This document shows, one piece after another, positions 1-10,275 of a stretch of 64,000 nt of DNA. The position numbers were made by a program, and so were the translations under genes. How positions within the stretch are numbered: position 1 is the stretch's first letter; every line of letters starts with the position of its first letter. Under the pieces are notes generated by a model that was given only the letters and a program-made list of their open reading frames with translations, searched no databases and had not been told where the DNA came from. The stretch comes from an uncultured Acidobacteriota bacterium. GTDB lineage: Bacteria; Acidobacteriota; Thermoanaerobaculia; Gp7-AA8. The DNA lies in contig CAWGHO010000002.1 of NCBI GenBank assembly GCA_963822445.1, positions 480,001-544,000 of the forward strand. The letters run 5' to 3'.

Positions 1-75
1 CCGGCGCGGGTGTAGGCGGTTCGGCCGCCAGGCGCGGCAAACGGCCTACTGCCAAGCCTCTGGCAGTAGTTAGCG
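1..75 (-). repeat. Partial variant attC-like site, truncated by the window edge
   Basis: Ends in CTGGCAGTA-GTTAGCG (+), the same terminal motif as the three full 198-bp repeats. The interior sequence differs. Confidence 0.65.
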
Positions 76-389
76 CGGGGCTCGCTTGGACCCCACGCAC
101 TTCTTTCAAAAGTTCTCGGTTGCAACACGACGCCGACACCACGTGCCTTTGTGGTAGCGCCGATGAACAAGCGGCCACGGCATGATGAGCCGCGGCGTTG
201 AAACAAGAGGCTGGAAGTAGCCTAAGGGCGCGTCCGCAGGACTCCTCAAGGCGATGGCGCTTCAACAGGTGGTTCCTCTACGACACCCTTGGCAGGTCGA
301 CGTAGAAATCAGTGTTCTCGGTGTGACCTGGTAAGAGTCAGCTCAACACGTGGCGCCGCCGAAGTATCATGAGTTAGGAGGCACGCCCG

Positions 390-845
390 ATGCCCGATCC
401 TACCGAAACGCCAATCGTAACGTTGGCTAGGAAATACTTCGATGAGCATAGCCTGCAGTTTCGAGCCGTTTGGGAGCTTTATCTTTCGTTCTATGTTGCG
501 TTTATCACTTTGAACGGAGCCGCGCTCGGCTTGACTGTTCAGTACGTGAAGGCGCCTCGAGCGAAAGGCATCATCGCGATCACCTTCATCCTGCAGAATG
601 CGCTGGCGGCTGGAACTGCAATAATGATCAGTCGTTACTCGGACCTGGCGGCACGTCGGACACAGGAACTCGGAGAGTTAACAATGGGTGACGTTGGAGC
701 GGATGCGCCGAGCCTCCCGCCCGCACTTCGTGAGTCCCCCATACCGGGCCATATCGGCCGTTGGGGTGGCATCGCAAATCTCCTTGGCCACATTCTGTTC
801 GCGATCCTTTGGTCCGTCGTCGGACTCATCGACATCCACGTTTAG
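390..845 (+). CDS. Hypothetical membrane protein (cassette gene)
   Basis: 151-aa ORF with AGGAGG RBS and about 3 hydrophobic segments. It lies between matching cores GTTAGCGCG (69) and CGGGCTAAC (932-940). Confidence 0.7.
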   Translation: MPDPTETPIVTLARKYFDEHSLQFRAVWELYLSFYVAFITLNGAALGLTVQYVKAPRAKGIIAITFILQNALAAGTAIMISRYSDLAARRTQELGELTMGDVGADAPSLPPALRESPIPGHIGRWGGIANLLGHILFAILWSVVGLIDIHV

Positions 846-933
846 TATCAGTCGTGCATCGCCACGAGAAACGCCTACCGCAGACATGTTCTCGGCTTCT
901 GACCCGTGCGATTCGCGGTGATTGACTGCGTCG

Positions 934-1131
934 GGCTAACGTCTATCGCCTGAGCTGCGCGGCCAGGGCCCGCGTGCCGAAGCCGGAGCGGCGCGGCGGT
1001 TGCCGCGAGCAACGTGCGAAGCACCGCGCCGCGAACTGCAACCGCCGTGACGCCGTCACGCTGGCGAAAAAGCAGCCGGCTCGGCCGGCGGGCCGGAGCC
1101 GGGCCGCGACAGCTCCTGGCAGTAGTTAGGC
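934..1131 (-). repeat. attC-like recombination site, 198 bp (copy 1)
   Basis: GGCTAAC...GTTAGGC cores bound an imperfect palindrome (GAGCTG-CGCGGCC / GGCCGCG-A-CAGCTC). Near-identical to 13684-13881. Confidence 0.85.
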
Positions 1132-1193
1132 GCCGGTTTATCAACGTCCGATGGCATAATGCCATCGTTGACGTGGTGCGCCAAGGGAGGACG

Positions 1194-1841
1194 ATGTCCG
1201 GCAAGACCTCAGCACTTGAGATCGCAAGGCTTTCATACAAGCAAGGCATAGCGGTGGCTCTGATCAGCGCCTTTGCTGGGGTTGCGACTACCGTGATCAG
1301 CAAAGAGATTGCAGAGCGCCGGGCCGCTGATGCGCGGCCGACAGCGACCGCTGGAAGTGCGGCGAACCAGGATAGTCGCACTCCCGAGTTACAGAAAGTG
1401 GTTGACAACACCCGTACACCGCCGAGCGAGGCAGATCAACGCGAAAGCGCGACGGCGTTAGCCTCAGCAAATGAAGCGCTTAGACGCTTGAAACAGCAAT
1501 TGGACAAGGCGAGTTCATTGTCCGTTTCTCTGACCAAGGAGCGAGACGAACTGCAGGCTGAACTAGAGGCCGGTCCAGATTTCGGATGGCGGAGTCTGAC
1601 AACGGAATCGAGTGGGGAGAAATGCGTCGCCAGAGTCATTACGTCAATGAAAGCAGCTGGCGTAACAGTTGCGCACCGCGACGGTATGTACGTGCATGGT
1701 CGCAAGGGCGCAGTAGCGGTCTCGATGGAATGTCCGATAGACGAAACGGGCGAAGCTTTGCTGTTTACTGCGTGCCGCGACATCTCAAACTGTGATGAGT
1801 TGGCCGATCAGATAGAAGTAGAGTTCACATCGAGCCACTGA
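1194..1841 (+). CDS. Hypothetical protein with N-terminal TM segment, coiled coil and Cys-containing C-terminal domain (cassette gene)
   Basis: ATG at 1194 follows a GGGAGG RBS. Bounded by the exact complementary cores GTTAGGCGC (1125) and GCGCCTAAC (1854-1862). Confidence 0.75.
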   Translation: MSGKTSALEIARLSYKQGIAVALISAFAGVATTVISKEIAERRAADARPTATAGSAANQDSRTPELQKVVDNTRTPPSEADQRESATALASANEALRRLKQQLDKASSLSVSLTKERDELQAELEAGPDFGWRSLTTESSGEKCVARVITSMKAAGVTVAHRDGMYVHGRKGAVAVSMECPIDETGEALLFTACRDISNCDELADQIEVEFTSSH

Positions 1842-1855
1842 CCGTGACGTCGTGC

Positions 1856-1874
1856 GCCTAACTTACATTTCGAC
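1856..1874 (-). other. attI-like simple site heading array A
   Basis: Minus strand reads GTCGAAA-TGTAA-GTTAGGC (L-like box, 5-bp spacer, R box). No attC hairpin follows the core. Confidence 0.5.
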
Positions 1875-2309
1875 CGACTCCACGTGTCCATAATTTCTAC
1901 ATACGCGCACCCTTGCGACGCCGTGCCTTGCAAGCGCTAGCCGTTCGTAAACAGGCGCGCCTCTCGGCTTTCCGCGAGCTAGCAACTACGAGCGCGGAGC
2001 GGAGCATCCGTTCGAGAAGAAGGCGTACGGCGTCAATACCAACGCAGCGACGTTACCGTAGCTGACACCATACGGGCGAGCGCCTGCGGACGCTTGACGC
2101 GGGATCGGGACTGCAGGAAGTGGGGCCGCTGCACGGCGCGGGTGTGATCACCGGCATCGCCGAAAGCGAAATCACATTCGTCGACTTGAACACGAATGAA
2201 GTGAACTCGACCATTTGTCAGCAGCCGGGAGAGAGGCAACCTCGACCTGGAGCGCCGCCGTCCGCCGGCGGCTGTACCGCAGGCGTCCGGCGACGCACTT
2301 GCAGGTTCG

Positions 2310-2762
2310 ATGTCCATGAGAATCCTCGTCGCCGTCGATCACTCCCCGCATTCCCTTGCCGCCGTGGAGACAGTCATGGCGCGCCCCTGGCCCGAATCGA
2401 CGAAAGTCCGTCTGCTGACCGTCAACGCGCCTCCCTACGTGGCGTTTGCGCCGTGGGTGGAGCTGCAGGCAACGATGGCGGACTTCGATGCCGAGGTGAA
2501 AAAGCAGGCCGAGGAGCTCGTGAGCACGATGGCGGCGCGAGTTCGGGAGAAGGCTCTCGACGTCGAGGTCGTGATTCGAGACGGTGACCCGCGTACGGAG
2601 ATCGTCGATGAAGCGATCAAGTGGGACAGCGATCTGATCGTGATCGGCTCACACGGCTATACCGGCATCAAGCGGCTTCTTCTCGGCAGCGTCGCGCAAT
2701 ACGTAGTGGCTCACGCGCCCTGCTCGGTGGAAGTCGTGCGGCGTCCTGCAGGAAACGCGTGA
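2310..2762 (+). CDS. Universal stress protein (UspA family)
   Basis: ILVAVDHS N-terminus and GDP...DLIVIGSHG...LLGSVAQYVVAHAPCSVEVVR C-terminal signature. Confidence 0.95.
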   Translation: MSMRILVAVDHSPHSLAAVETVMARPWPESTKVRLLTVNAPPYVAFAPWVELQATMADFDAEVKKQAEELVSTMAARVREKALDVEVVIRDGDPRTEIVDEAIKWDSDLIVIGSHGYTGIKRLLLGSVAQYVVAHAPCSVEVVRRPAGNA

Positions 2763-2778
2763 GCTGCAGCCCACCCCC

Positions 2779-4525
2779 CTAAACCATTTCCTTGACCTTG
2801 TCGGCGAGCAGAGTCAGCGCGATCTCCTTGCGGTTCGGCTCCCCCTTCGCCAACGACTCCGCCAGATGCAGGGCCTGCTTGGCGGTGATCTTCGACGGCA
2901 TTGGCGGCTCGACCGGATCGACGATCGCTTCGATCACGACCGGACCCGGCATGCGCAGGGCCTCGTCGAGCATCGAGCCGCAGAGCAGCGGATCGTCGAT
3001 GGTCATCGCCGCGGCGCCGCATGCGCGCGCGAATGCGGCGAAGTCGATCGGGTGCAGCTCGCAGCCGTACTCGGGATTGCCGAGGAAGACCATCTGCTCC
3101 CACTTGATCATCCCCAGGGTGTTGTTCTTGATGACGATGACCTTGATCGGCAGGCCGTACTTGACCGCGGTCGCCAGCTCGCCCATGAGCATCGTGAAGC
3201 GCCGTCGCCGACGAACGCGACGCATTGACGATCCGGATACGCGACCTGCGCGGCGATGGCGTACGGCAACCCGTTGGCCATCGAGGCCAGCGTTCCCGAA
3301 AGCGAGAACATCTGCCCCTTGCGCGCTTTGATCTGCCGGGCGAACCAGGTCGCGATCGTTCCTGAATCGCTCGACACGATGGCGTCGTCCGCGAGCCGCT
3401 TGCCGAGCTCCCACGCCACCACCTGCGGTTTCATCGGCTTGTCGGTGCGCGTTCCGCGCGTCTCCATCAGCTCCCACCACTCGCGCATCCCCGCTTGCGC
3501 TTTCTCCAGAAACGCGCGGTCTTCCCGTTGCGCGAGCAGCGGAACGAGCTTCTCCAAAGTCCGTTTGCTGTCTCCCGCCAAACCGACTTCGATGGGATGA
3601 CGCAGTCCGATGCGCACCGGGTCGACGTCGATCTGAACCGCGCGCGCCTGGCCGGGCTTGGGCAGGAACTCGATGTACGGAAACGAGGTGCCGACCATGA
3701 GCAGCGTGTCGCATTCCTCCAACGCTTCTTGAGAAGGCCGGGTGCCGAGGAGGCCGATGCCGCCGGTGGTGTACGGACTGTCGTCGGGAACGGCGGCCTT
3801 GCCGAGCAGCGGCTTCACGATCGGTGCGGCCATGCGCGCCGCGGCCTCTTCGAGCAGATCGCCCGCGCCCAGCGCGCCGCGGCCGGCCAGGATGACCGTC
3901 TTGTTTCCCTCGTTCAGAAGATCGGCGGCGCGGCGGATATCGTCATCGCACGGAACGTGAGCGCCGAACGCGAGGACCTCCGACGTGTGATTGGGGATGT
4001 TCCGCTCCGACCCTTTTCGACCTTGATCGATTGCAGGTCGACGGGAAAGTTGATGTGGGCGACGCTGCGGCGGGAGATCGCCATCCGGCAGGCCAGCGTG
4101 GTCACGTTTTCGACGTGCGCCGGACCCATGATGCGCTGGCTGTACACGGCCACGTCGGCGAACACACGATCGAGATCGACGTCCTGCTGCGCGAACGTTC
4201 CGATGAGGTCGTGGTAGTGATGGCCGGTGATGGCCAGCACCGGCTGTCCATCGAGCTTCGCGTCGTAAAGACCGTTCAGCAGATGGAGTCCGCCTGGACC
4301 TGATGTGGCCACGCAGACACCGAGCTTGCCCGTGTACTTGGCGTACGCGCAGGCCATGAACGCCGCCGACTCTTCATGACGAACCTGGATGAATCGGATC
4401 GTGTCGGCGCGCTGGCGGAGCGATTCCATGATTCCGTTGATGCCGTCGCCGGGCAGGCCGAACACCACGTCGACGCCCCACGACTGCAGCGTGTCCACCA
4501 GAACATCGGAAGCGGTTTTGGCCAT
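2779..4525 (-). CDS. poxB: Pyruvate oxidase/dehydrogenase (PoxB-like, TPP-dependent), split by two frameshifts near 4012 and 3200
   Basis: FGLPGDGING, VRHEESAAFMA, GPGGLHLLNGLYDAKLD and the GDG...NN TPP motif are spread over three consecutive frames. Confidence 0.85.
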
Positions 4526-4534
4526 GACCGATGA

Positions 4535-5017
4535 CTACCGCGCAGGGCCGCTGAGAGAGCTCGGCGCATCGAGGTGTGCACCATCGTCGACGCCCACTGA
4601 GAGCCGGCCCACGAGCTCACCGCCGAGCCATCCGGTGATCGTGGCCAGCCCCGCGCCGAGTGCGCCGAGGAGGATGGCCAGGGTTGCGGGGTTGGCGGGA
4701 TGCTCGCGGCGCAGGAACCAGCTCGCGGCAAACAGCACGACCACGATGACGTTTCCGATGCCGTGCAGACGGCCGATGCGTTTCGCGCGCGTGCCGTCGG
4801 GGATCTTCAGATAGTCGATCAATCCGAAGACCGCGGCGATGAGGCCGGCCGCGACACCGGCCGCGATCATGTAGTACGACGCGCTGAAGAGGCCCTGATG
4901 GCGATCGAGAAACAGAGCGATCACGTCGAAGAACAGCGCCATCGCCAGAACGCCCAGGGGAAACACGATCAACATCTGATGAATGGGATGCCCGAACAGC
5001 TTTGCCCTTGCTTCCAT
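4535..5017 (-). CDS. DUF2231-type membrane protein
   Basis: GHPIHQMLIVFP...HGIGN...GWLGGELV motifs. GGAGG RBS before the ATG at 5017. Confidence 0.85.
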   Translation of the reverse strand: MEARAKLFGHPIHQMLIVFPLGVLAMALFFDVIALFLDRHQGLFSASYYMIAAGVAAGLIAAVFGLIDYLKIPDGTRAKRIGRLHGIGNVIVVVLFAASWFLRREHPANPATLAILLGALGAGLATITGWLGGELVGRLSVGVDDGAHLDAPSSLSGPAR

Positions 5018-5089
5018 GGCTCCTCCTCCGTCGCGCAGCAGCCGTGCAAGAGCGGCTCCCATTTCCCCACGCAACCGTTGGAAAACTGA

Positions 5090-5860
5090 TCAGGAAGTTT
5101 TCGGCGGCTCGCGCTCGAAACGGACCTTCTCGTTCTTCCGCGAGGCCGTTGCCGCTCGCACGTGAAACTCGCATCGACCGTCGCCGTCCTGAAACCGCCG
5201 CTCGCGCACGACCTCGCAACCGGTCAACCGCCGCAGCGTGCTGACCGTCGTGCTGCAGATGTCCGGCCGCTCCATGGCTACATTCAGATACGGACAATTC
5301 CGCTCGGTGAGCACGAAGTCGTCGCCACGCCGCTCAACCTCGGTGAACGGATCGCCGGCCATGTAGATCGCCCGAAGCTGCTCCATCTTTTTCTCGAGCG
5401 GCAGTGCAGCGAGATGGGGCTCGAGCCAGCCGACCCGCGCATCGGTCAATCGTGTCAACGCGGCGGCCAGCGACGCATCGCCTTCGACGGCAATCGTGTC
5501 GAGCAGGCCGATCGTCAGTGAGGCGTACTGCTTCGGGAAGAGGTGATCGCCTGCAGCGGTGAGGCAGTACATCGCCGGCGGTCTGCCCGGCGCCGGCTCG
5601 CCGCGTTCGGAGAGATCGGGCTCGCAGTTCGATTTGATCCATCCGCCTTTGTGCAGATCGCCAACCTGCTTGCGCGCCGCCTCATGACTCATCCCCAGCG
5701 CCTCGGCGATTCGAGGGATGGACACGAAGCCTTCGAGCTTCAGCAGACGGAGGATGTTCGCGCGCGTGACAGAAAGCTCATCGAGAACATCGCGGGACGC
5801 CACGGGTGCGAGCTGCTTCAGAAACCATGCCCTGGGAAGCAGCCCCATCCAATTTCCCAA
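5090..5860 (-). CDS. ArsR/SufR-like HTH transcriptional regulator
   Basis: N-terminal wHTH, then GRP..YCLT..G..LFP..Y and ERNCPY...IC...RC cysteines. Confidence 0.8.
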   Translation of the reverse strand: MGNWMGLLPRAWFLKQLAPVASRDVLDELSVTRANILRLLKLEGFVSIPRIAEALGMSHEAARKQVGDLHKGGWIKSNCEPDLSERGEPAPGRPPAMYCLTAAGDHLFPKQYASLTIGLLDTIAVEGDASLAAALTRLTDARVGWLEPHLAALPLEKKMEQLRAIYMAGDPFTEVERRGDDFVLTERNCPYLNVAMERPDICSTTVSTLRRLTGCEVVRERRFQDGDGRCEFHVRAATASRKNEKVRFEREPPKTS

Positions 5861-5917
5861 CTTGCCGGTTGGGAATTGTGAACGCGATTTGCACCACCGA
5901 TGTCAGGAGGTGCTGAC

Positions 5918-7269
5918 ATGGTTCGTACGGAGAGAGCGCGGGCGGGCCTCGCGCTCGGCCTCATTTTCGTGCTTTCGGCATGCGTCGGAATGCCGACGTA
6001 TGCACCACAAAATCCGGCAGTCAAGAACGAGATGCACAGCGGCCGGTATCGCGACGCCGTGGCCGACTACTCGGAGAAACTGTTCAACGAAGGACGGCAG
6101 ATCTTCCGCCACGACACGTTCGGGAGCGAGGCGTTCTGGAGCGGCAAGCTTCGCCTGCACGAGGCCATCGCCGGCGAGCGATTCGGAGGCGTGGGTCACG
6201 GCTCGAGCCGAAGGACGCGCTGAAGCTCGGTCTCAAAGTCGACACGGGCGTCCTCCCGAAAATCCTCGGCGAAGCAGTCAAGGGCGGCGGCGTCGATCTC
6301 GGCGACGTCAAGACGACCATGGAGCTGCTCAAGGCCGATGCAGTCGTCGGCGTTGCCGCGAAGTTCGACGGCGACAAGCTCGTCTCGGTCGGCATCACCT
6401 GCGCGCTCTGCCACTCGACCGTCGACGACTCGATCATGAAGGGCGCCGGCAATCGTCTCGACGGATGGCCGAATCGCGATCTCGACGTCGGCGCGATCGT
6501 GGCCTTAGCCCCCGACCTCAGTCCCTACCAGGATCTCCTCGGCGTCGATCGCGCGGCGGTCGAGCGCGTTCTGAAGAGCTGGGGACCGGGCAAGTACGAC
6601 GCGGAGCTGAACCAGGACGGCAAGGGCTTCCGGCCCGATGGGAAATCCGCCGCCACTGTCCTGCCGGCCGCGTTCGGACTGGCCGGTGTGCATCTGCACA
6701 CGTACACGGGCTGGGGATCAGTCACGTACTGGAACGCGTATGTCGCCACGACACAGATGCAGGGCGTGGGGACGTTCTTCGATCCGCGGATCAAGACATC
6801 AGGGAAGTTCCCCATCGGCGTGAAGGGCGGGTTCGACAACATCCGCCGCACACCCGATCGCGTGACGGAAAAGCTCGCGCCGCTGCACTACTACCAGCTG
6901 TCACTGCCGGCGCCGTCGCCAAAGAGCGACTCTTATGACAACGCGGCCGCCAAACGCGGCGAGGCGATCTTCAATGGGAAGGCGAACTGCGCTCGCTGCC
7001 ACGTACCGCCGCTGTTCACCGAACCGGGATGGGCGATGCACACACCGGAGGAGATCGGCATCGACGATTTCCAGGCGAAGCGCTCGCCGGACGGGATGTA
7101 TCGCACGACGCCGCTGCGCGGTCTGTTCGTTCGCGAAAAGGGCGGGTTCTATCACGATGGCCGCTTCCCCACGTATGGCGCGGTCGTCGATCACTACGAC
7201 GGTCACCTCAGACTCGGACTGACCGCGGCTGAGAAAAATGACCTCATCGAATTTCTGAAGTCGCTGTAA
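5918..7269 (+). CDS. Diheme c-type cytochrome (cytochrome c peroxidase-like) lipoprotein, frameshift near 6202
   Basis: LSAC lipobox, two CXXCH motifs (CALCH, CARCH), YRTTPLRG and FYHDGRF. Confidence 0.8.
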
Positions 7270-7288
7270 ACCGATAGGAGAGACTCCA

Positions 7289-7945
7289 ATGCGCAGCACA
7301 ATATCCATCCTCGTCATTTGCACGTTTTTGTTGTCCGGGTGTGCGTCGCAGCCTTACGGCACAACGTCAGATCACTCGTCAATGCACGCAGGAATGCCGG
7401 CCGATGACAGCCGCACCGCACTGTCGAAGGCAATGCGCGATCTCTGGGCGGATCACGTCATCTGGACGCGCAACTACATCATCGCGGCCGCATCGGATCA
7501 GCCGGATGCGCAGGTAGCAGCGAACCGCCTGCTCGCGAACCAGGACCAGATCGGACAGGCCATCGTTCCTTATTACGGGCAGGAGGCCGGAACGAAGCTC
7601 GCCGGTCTGCTCAGAGACCACATCCTGATCGCGGTCGATCTCGTCGCGGCCGCGAAAGCGAACGATCAGACCAAGCTCGGAGATGCCGACCGGCGCTGGA
7701 AGGCCAATGCCGCCGACATCGCGACATTCCTGAGCGGCGCGAATCCGAACTGGCCGCGTGAGGCCGTGCTCAACATGATGAACGAGCACCTCGCCTTGAC
7801 CACCCAGGAAGCAACCGCGCGGCTACAGAAGAACTGGAGCGAGGACACGGCAACGTTCGACAAGATCTTCGATCAGGCCATGATGATGGCCGACGCATTG
7901 ACGGACGGGATCATCAAGCAGTTTCCGGATCGCTTTCGCGGGTGA
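7289..7945 (+). CDS. Conserved helical lipoprotein of unknown function
   Basis: LSGC lipobox, GGAG RBS, and a His-containing helical domain (LWADHVIWTR, LLRDHI, MMNEHL). Confidence 0.8.
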   Translation: MRSTISILVICTFLLSGCASQPYGTTSDHSSMHAGMPADDSRTALSKAMRDLWADHVIWTRNYIIAAASDQPDAQVAANRLLANQDQIGQAIVPYYGQEAGTKLAGLLRDHILIAVDLVAAAKANDQTKLGDADRRWKANAADIATFLSGANPNWPREAVLNMMNEHLALTTQEATARLQKNWSEDTATFDKIFDQAMMMADALTDGIIKQFPDRFRG

Positions 7946-8011
7946 CTTACACACACGCCGGTGACATCCGACCCTTCGTCGGCATGAAGGGTCGGATAAG
8001 CTCCACCGCGC

Positions 8012-8464
8012 GTGAAGTCTCTGCTCCTCATCGGAACCGCCGTCCTCCTCGGAATCGCGGGGGGCGTCGGTTTCTTCACGTTCGGCTACGCACGCGGCGC
8101 GTCGTATCTCACCAACGATCCCGCCGCGTGCGCGAACTGCCACGTGATGCAGAGCCACTACGACGACTGGCGGCATTCGAGTCACCGCTCGGTCGCTACG
8201 TGCAATGACTGCCACACGCCGCCCGGCCTGATTCCCAAGTACGCGACGAAGGCCTCGAACGGGTTCTGGCATTCGTTCGCGTTCACGACCGGCCGCTTTC
8301 CCGAGCCGCTGCGGATCAAGCCGCACAATCGCGAGATCGCCGAGAAGGCCTGCCGCAAATGTCACGCGGCGATCGTTCAGGCGATCGATCCCGTTCCCCG
8401 GCATGACCCGGCCGATGCGACGTCCTGCATCCGCTGCCACTCCAACGTCGGACACATGAGGTAA
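8012..8464 (+). CDS. nrfH: Cytochrome c nitrite reductase small subunit
   Basis: N-terminal TM helix, four CXXCH motifs with the first as CANCHVM, immediately upstream of nrfA. Confidence 0.93.
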   Translation: MKSLLLIGTAVLLGIAGGVGFFTFGYARGASYLTNDPAACANCHVMQSHYDDWRHSSHRSVATCNDCHTPPGLIPKYATKASNGFWHSFAFTTGRFPEPLRIKPHNREIAEKACRKCHAAIVQAIDPVPRHDPADATSCIRCHSNVGHMR

Positions 8465-8468
8465 GCAA

Positions 8469-9860
8469 ATGGCCAAGGACACTCTCGATCCCGAGCGCAG
8501 CAAGCGCCGCCGCCGCTTCTGGATTCTTCTGAGCGCGATCGTCGCCGGCGTCGCGGTCATCACCGCCGGCCTGACCGCGCTGCTCGTCGACATTTTCGAG
8601 CACAAGCAGGAGGCCCGGAATCCGTTCTACCGAGTGTCCGAGCTCACCGACGAGACTGTCGATCCCGCGAAGTGGGGAGAGAACTTCCCGCTGCAATACG
8701 ACGGGTACAAGCGGACCGTCGATCAGGTGCGCACGCGCTATGGCGGCAGCGAGGCTGTTCCTCGAACGCCGACGTCGGCCGACCCGCGTTCGATGGTCGC
8801 GCAGTCGCGGCTCGAGGAGGACCCGCGGCTGAAGACGATGTGGGCAGGCTACGCGTTCTCGGTCGATTTCCGCGAGGAGCGCGGCCACGCCTACATGCTT
8901 CAGGATCAGGAGTTCACGGAGCGGCAGCATTTCGCAAAGCAACCCGGCACCTGCCTCCACTGCCACGCGTCGGTCTACGTTCCCTACAAGCGCGCCGGCG
9001 GCGGCGATCTGATCAAAGGCTTCGAGAAGCTGAATCAGATGACTTACTTCGAAGCCCGGAAGCAGGTCAGCCATCCGGTGGCCTGCATCGATTGCCATGA
9101 TCCGAAAACGATGCAGCTTCGCATCACCCGTCCGGGCTTCCTCGAGGGAATCCGCGTCGCCAAGGCCGCGGCAGGCATCGCCGATTACGACGTGAACAAG
9201 ATGGCCACGCGGCAGGAGATGCGCTCGTTCGTCTGCGGGCAATGCCACGTCGAGTACTACTTCAAAGGTCCGGAGAAACGCCTCACCTATCCCTGGTTCA
9301 AGGGCCTCAAAGCCGACGAGATCCTCAGCTATTACGAAGAAGTGAAGTTCAAGGACTGGACGCACGAGATCAGTGGAGCGCCGGTCCTGAAAGCGCAGCA
9401 CCCGGAGTTCGAGATGTGGAACCAGGGCATTCACGCGCGCTCGGGCGTGGCCTGCGCCGACTGCCACATGCCCTACGAGCGCGTAGGCGCGATGAAGATC
9501 AGCAGCCATCACGTGCGCAGCCCTGTGCTCAATCTCAACAACGCCTGCCAGACCTGCCACAAGTGGCCGGAGGAAGAGCTGAAGTCCCGCATCGAGATCA
9601 TCCAGACGCGCACGCACGAAATGCGCGGCATCGCCATGGACGCGCTGATCGCCCTGATCAAAGACATCGAACAAGCCCGGACCGCCGGCGCGACCGACGC
9701 CCAACTCGAGAAGCCGCGCAATTTCCAGCGACGCGCGCAGTTCCTCCTCGACTTCATCGAAGCGGAGAACTCGATGGGCTTCCACGCGCCGCAGGAAACG
9801 GCGCGGATTCTCTTGCAGTCAGTGGACAACTCGCGCAAAGGACAGGAGGCACTGCGGTGA
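8469..9860 (+). CDS. nrfA: Ammonia-forming cytochrome c nitrite reductase, catalytic subunit (CXXCH first-heme variant)
   Basis: Five heme motifs (CLHCH, CIDCH, CGQCH, CADCH, CQTCH) plus RGHAY, HVEYYF, KAQHPEFE and ENSMGFHAP. Confidence 0.95.
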   Translation: MAKDTLDPERSKRRRRFWILLSAIVAGVAVITAGLTALLVDIFEHKQEARNPFYRVSELTDETVDPAKWGENFPLQYDGYKRTVDQVRTRYGGSEAVPRTPTSADPRSMVAQSRLEEDPRLKTMWAGYAFSVDFREERGHAYMLQDQEFTERQHFAKQPGTCLHCHASVYVPYKRAGGGDLIKGFEKLNQMTYFEARKQVSHPVACIDCHDPKTMQLRITRPGFLEGIRVAKAAAGIADYDVNKMATRQEMRSFVCGQCHVEYYFKGPEKRLTYPWFKGLKADEILSYYEEVKFKDWTHEISGAPVLKAQHPEFEMWNQGIHARSGVACADCHMPYERVGAMKISSHHVRSPVLNLNNACQTCHKWPEEELKSRIEIIQTRTHEMRGIAMDALIALIKDIEQARTAGATDAQLEKPRNFQRRAQFLLDFIEAENSMGFHAPQETARILLQSVDNSRKGQEALR

Positions 9861-9893
9861 CACGTGGCCGGGAGTCTGCTCCGCGTGCCGGTC

Positions 9894-10150
9894 ATGAACA
9901 GCAAGCTGGAACGCTTTCATGACCTGGTGAAAGACATCGAAGTGGCCATGATGACCACTCAGCGTGGCGACGGTCTGCTGGTTTCGCGACCAATGGCCAC
10001 GCAGGTTTTCGCCGAAGGTGCCGATCTCTGGTTCGTGACGACGAAGGGCAGTCCCAAGTTATCGGAGATCGCGCAGAGCTCCGGCATCAACCTCTCCTAC
10101 TACAAAGACCGGACGCGGGAGTGGATCTCAGTTTCCGGCGACGCCCGCGA
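9894..10150 (+). pseudogene. Truncated general stress protein 26 / pyridoxamine-5'-phosphate oxidase-like protein
   Basis: AMMTT...SRPMATQ...LWFVT...WISVSGDA. Similarity stops at about 85 aa and the frame runs into a convergent gene. Confidence 0.7.
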
Positions 10151-10275
10151 ACCAGGCCCTCCAGTCGGGACGGTAGAGCTCGTGAATCTTCGCGCGATCC
10201 TCCACGACGCGGCAAGAGTCCCGAATTCCCCGACGCGCAGACCATTACGGGCGATTTCCAACGCGAACGTTGATC

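Noticed and set aside
875-1411. ORFs running through the attC repeats (also 1014-1193, 12623-12925, 13610-13879, 13743-14114)
   Set aside because: These are translations of a GC-rich non-coding palindrome. The same pseudo-peptide recurs wherever the repeat occurs.
1875-2309. Integron integrase expected next to the attI-like site
   Set aside because: No tyrosine-recombinase motifs (R...HxxR...Y) in the ORFs here or beside 14836.
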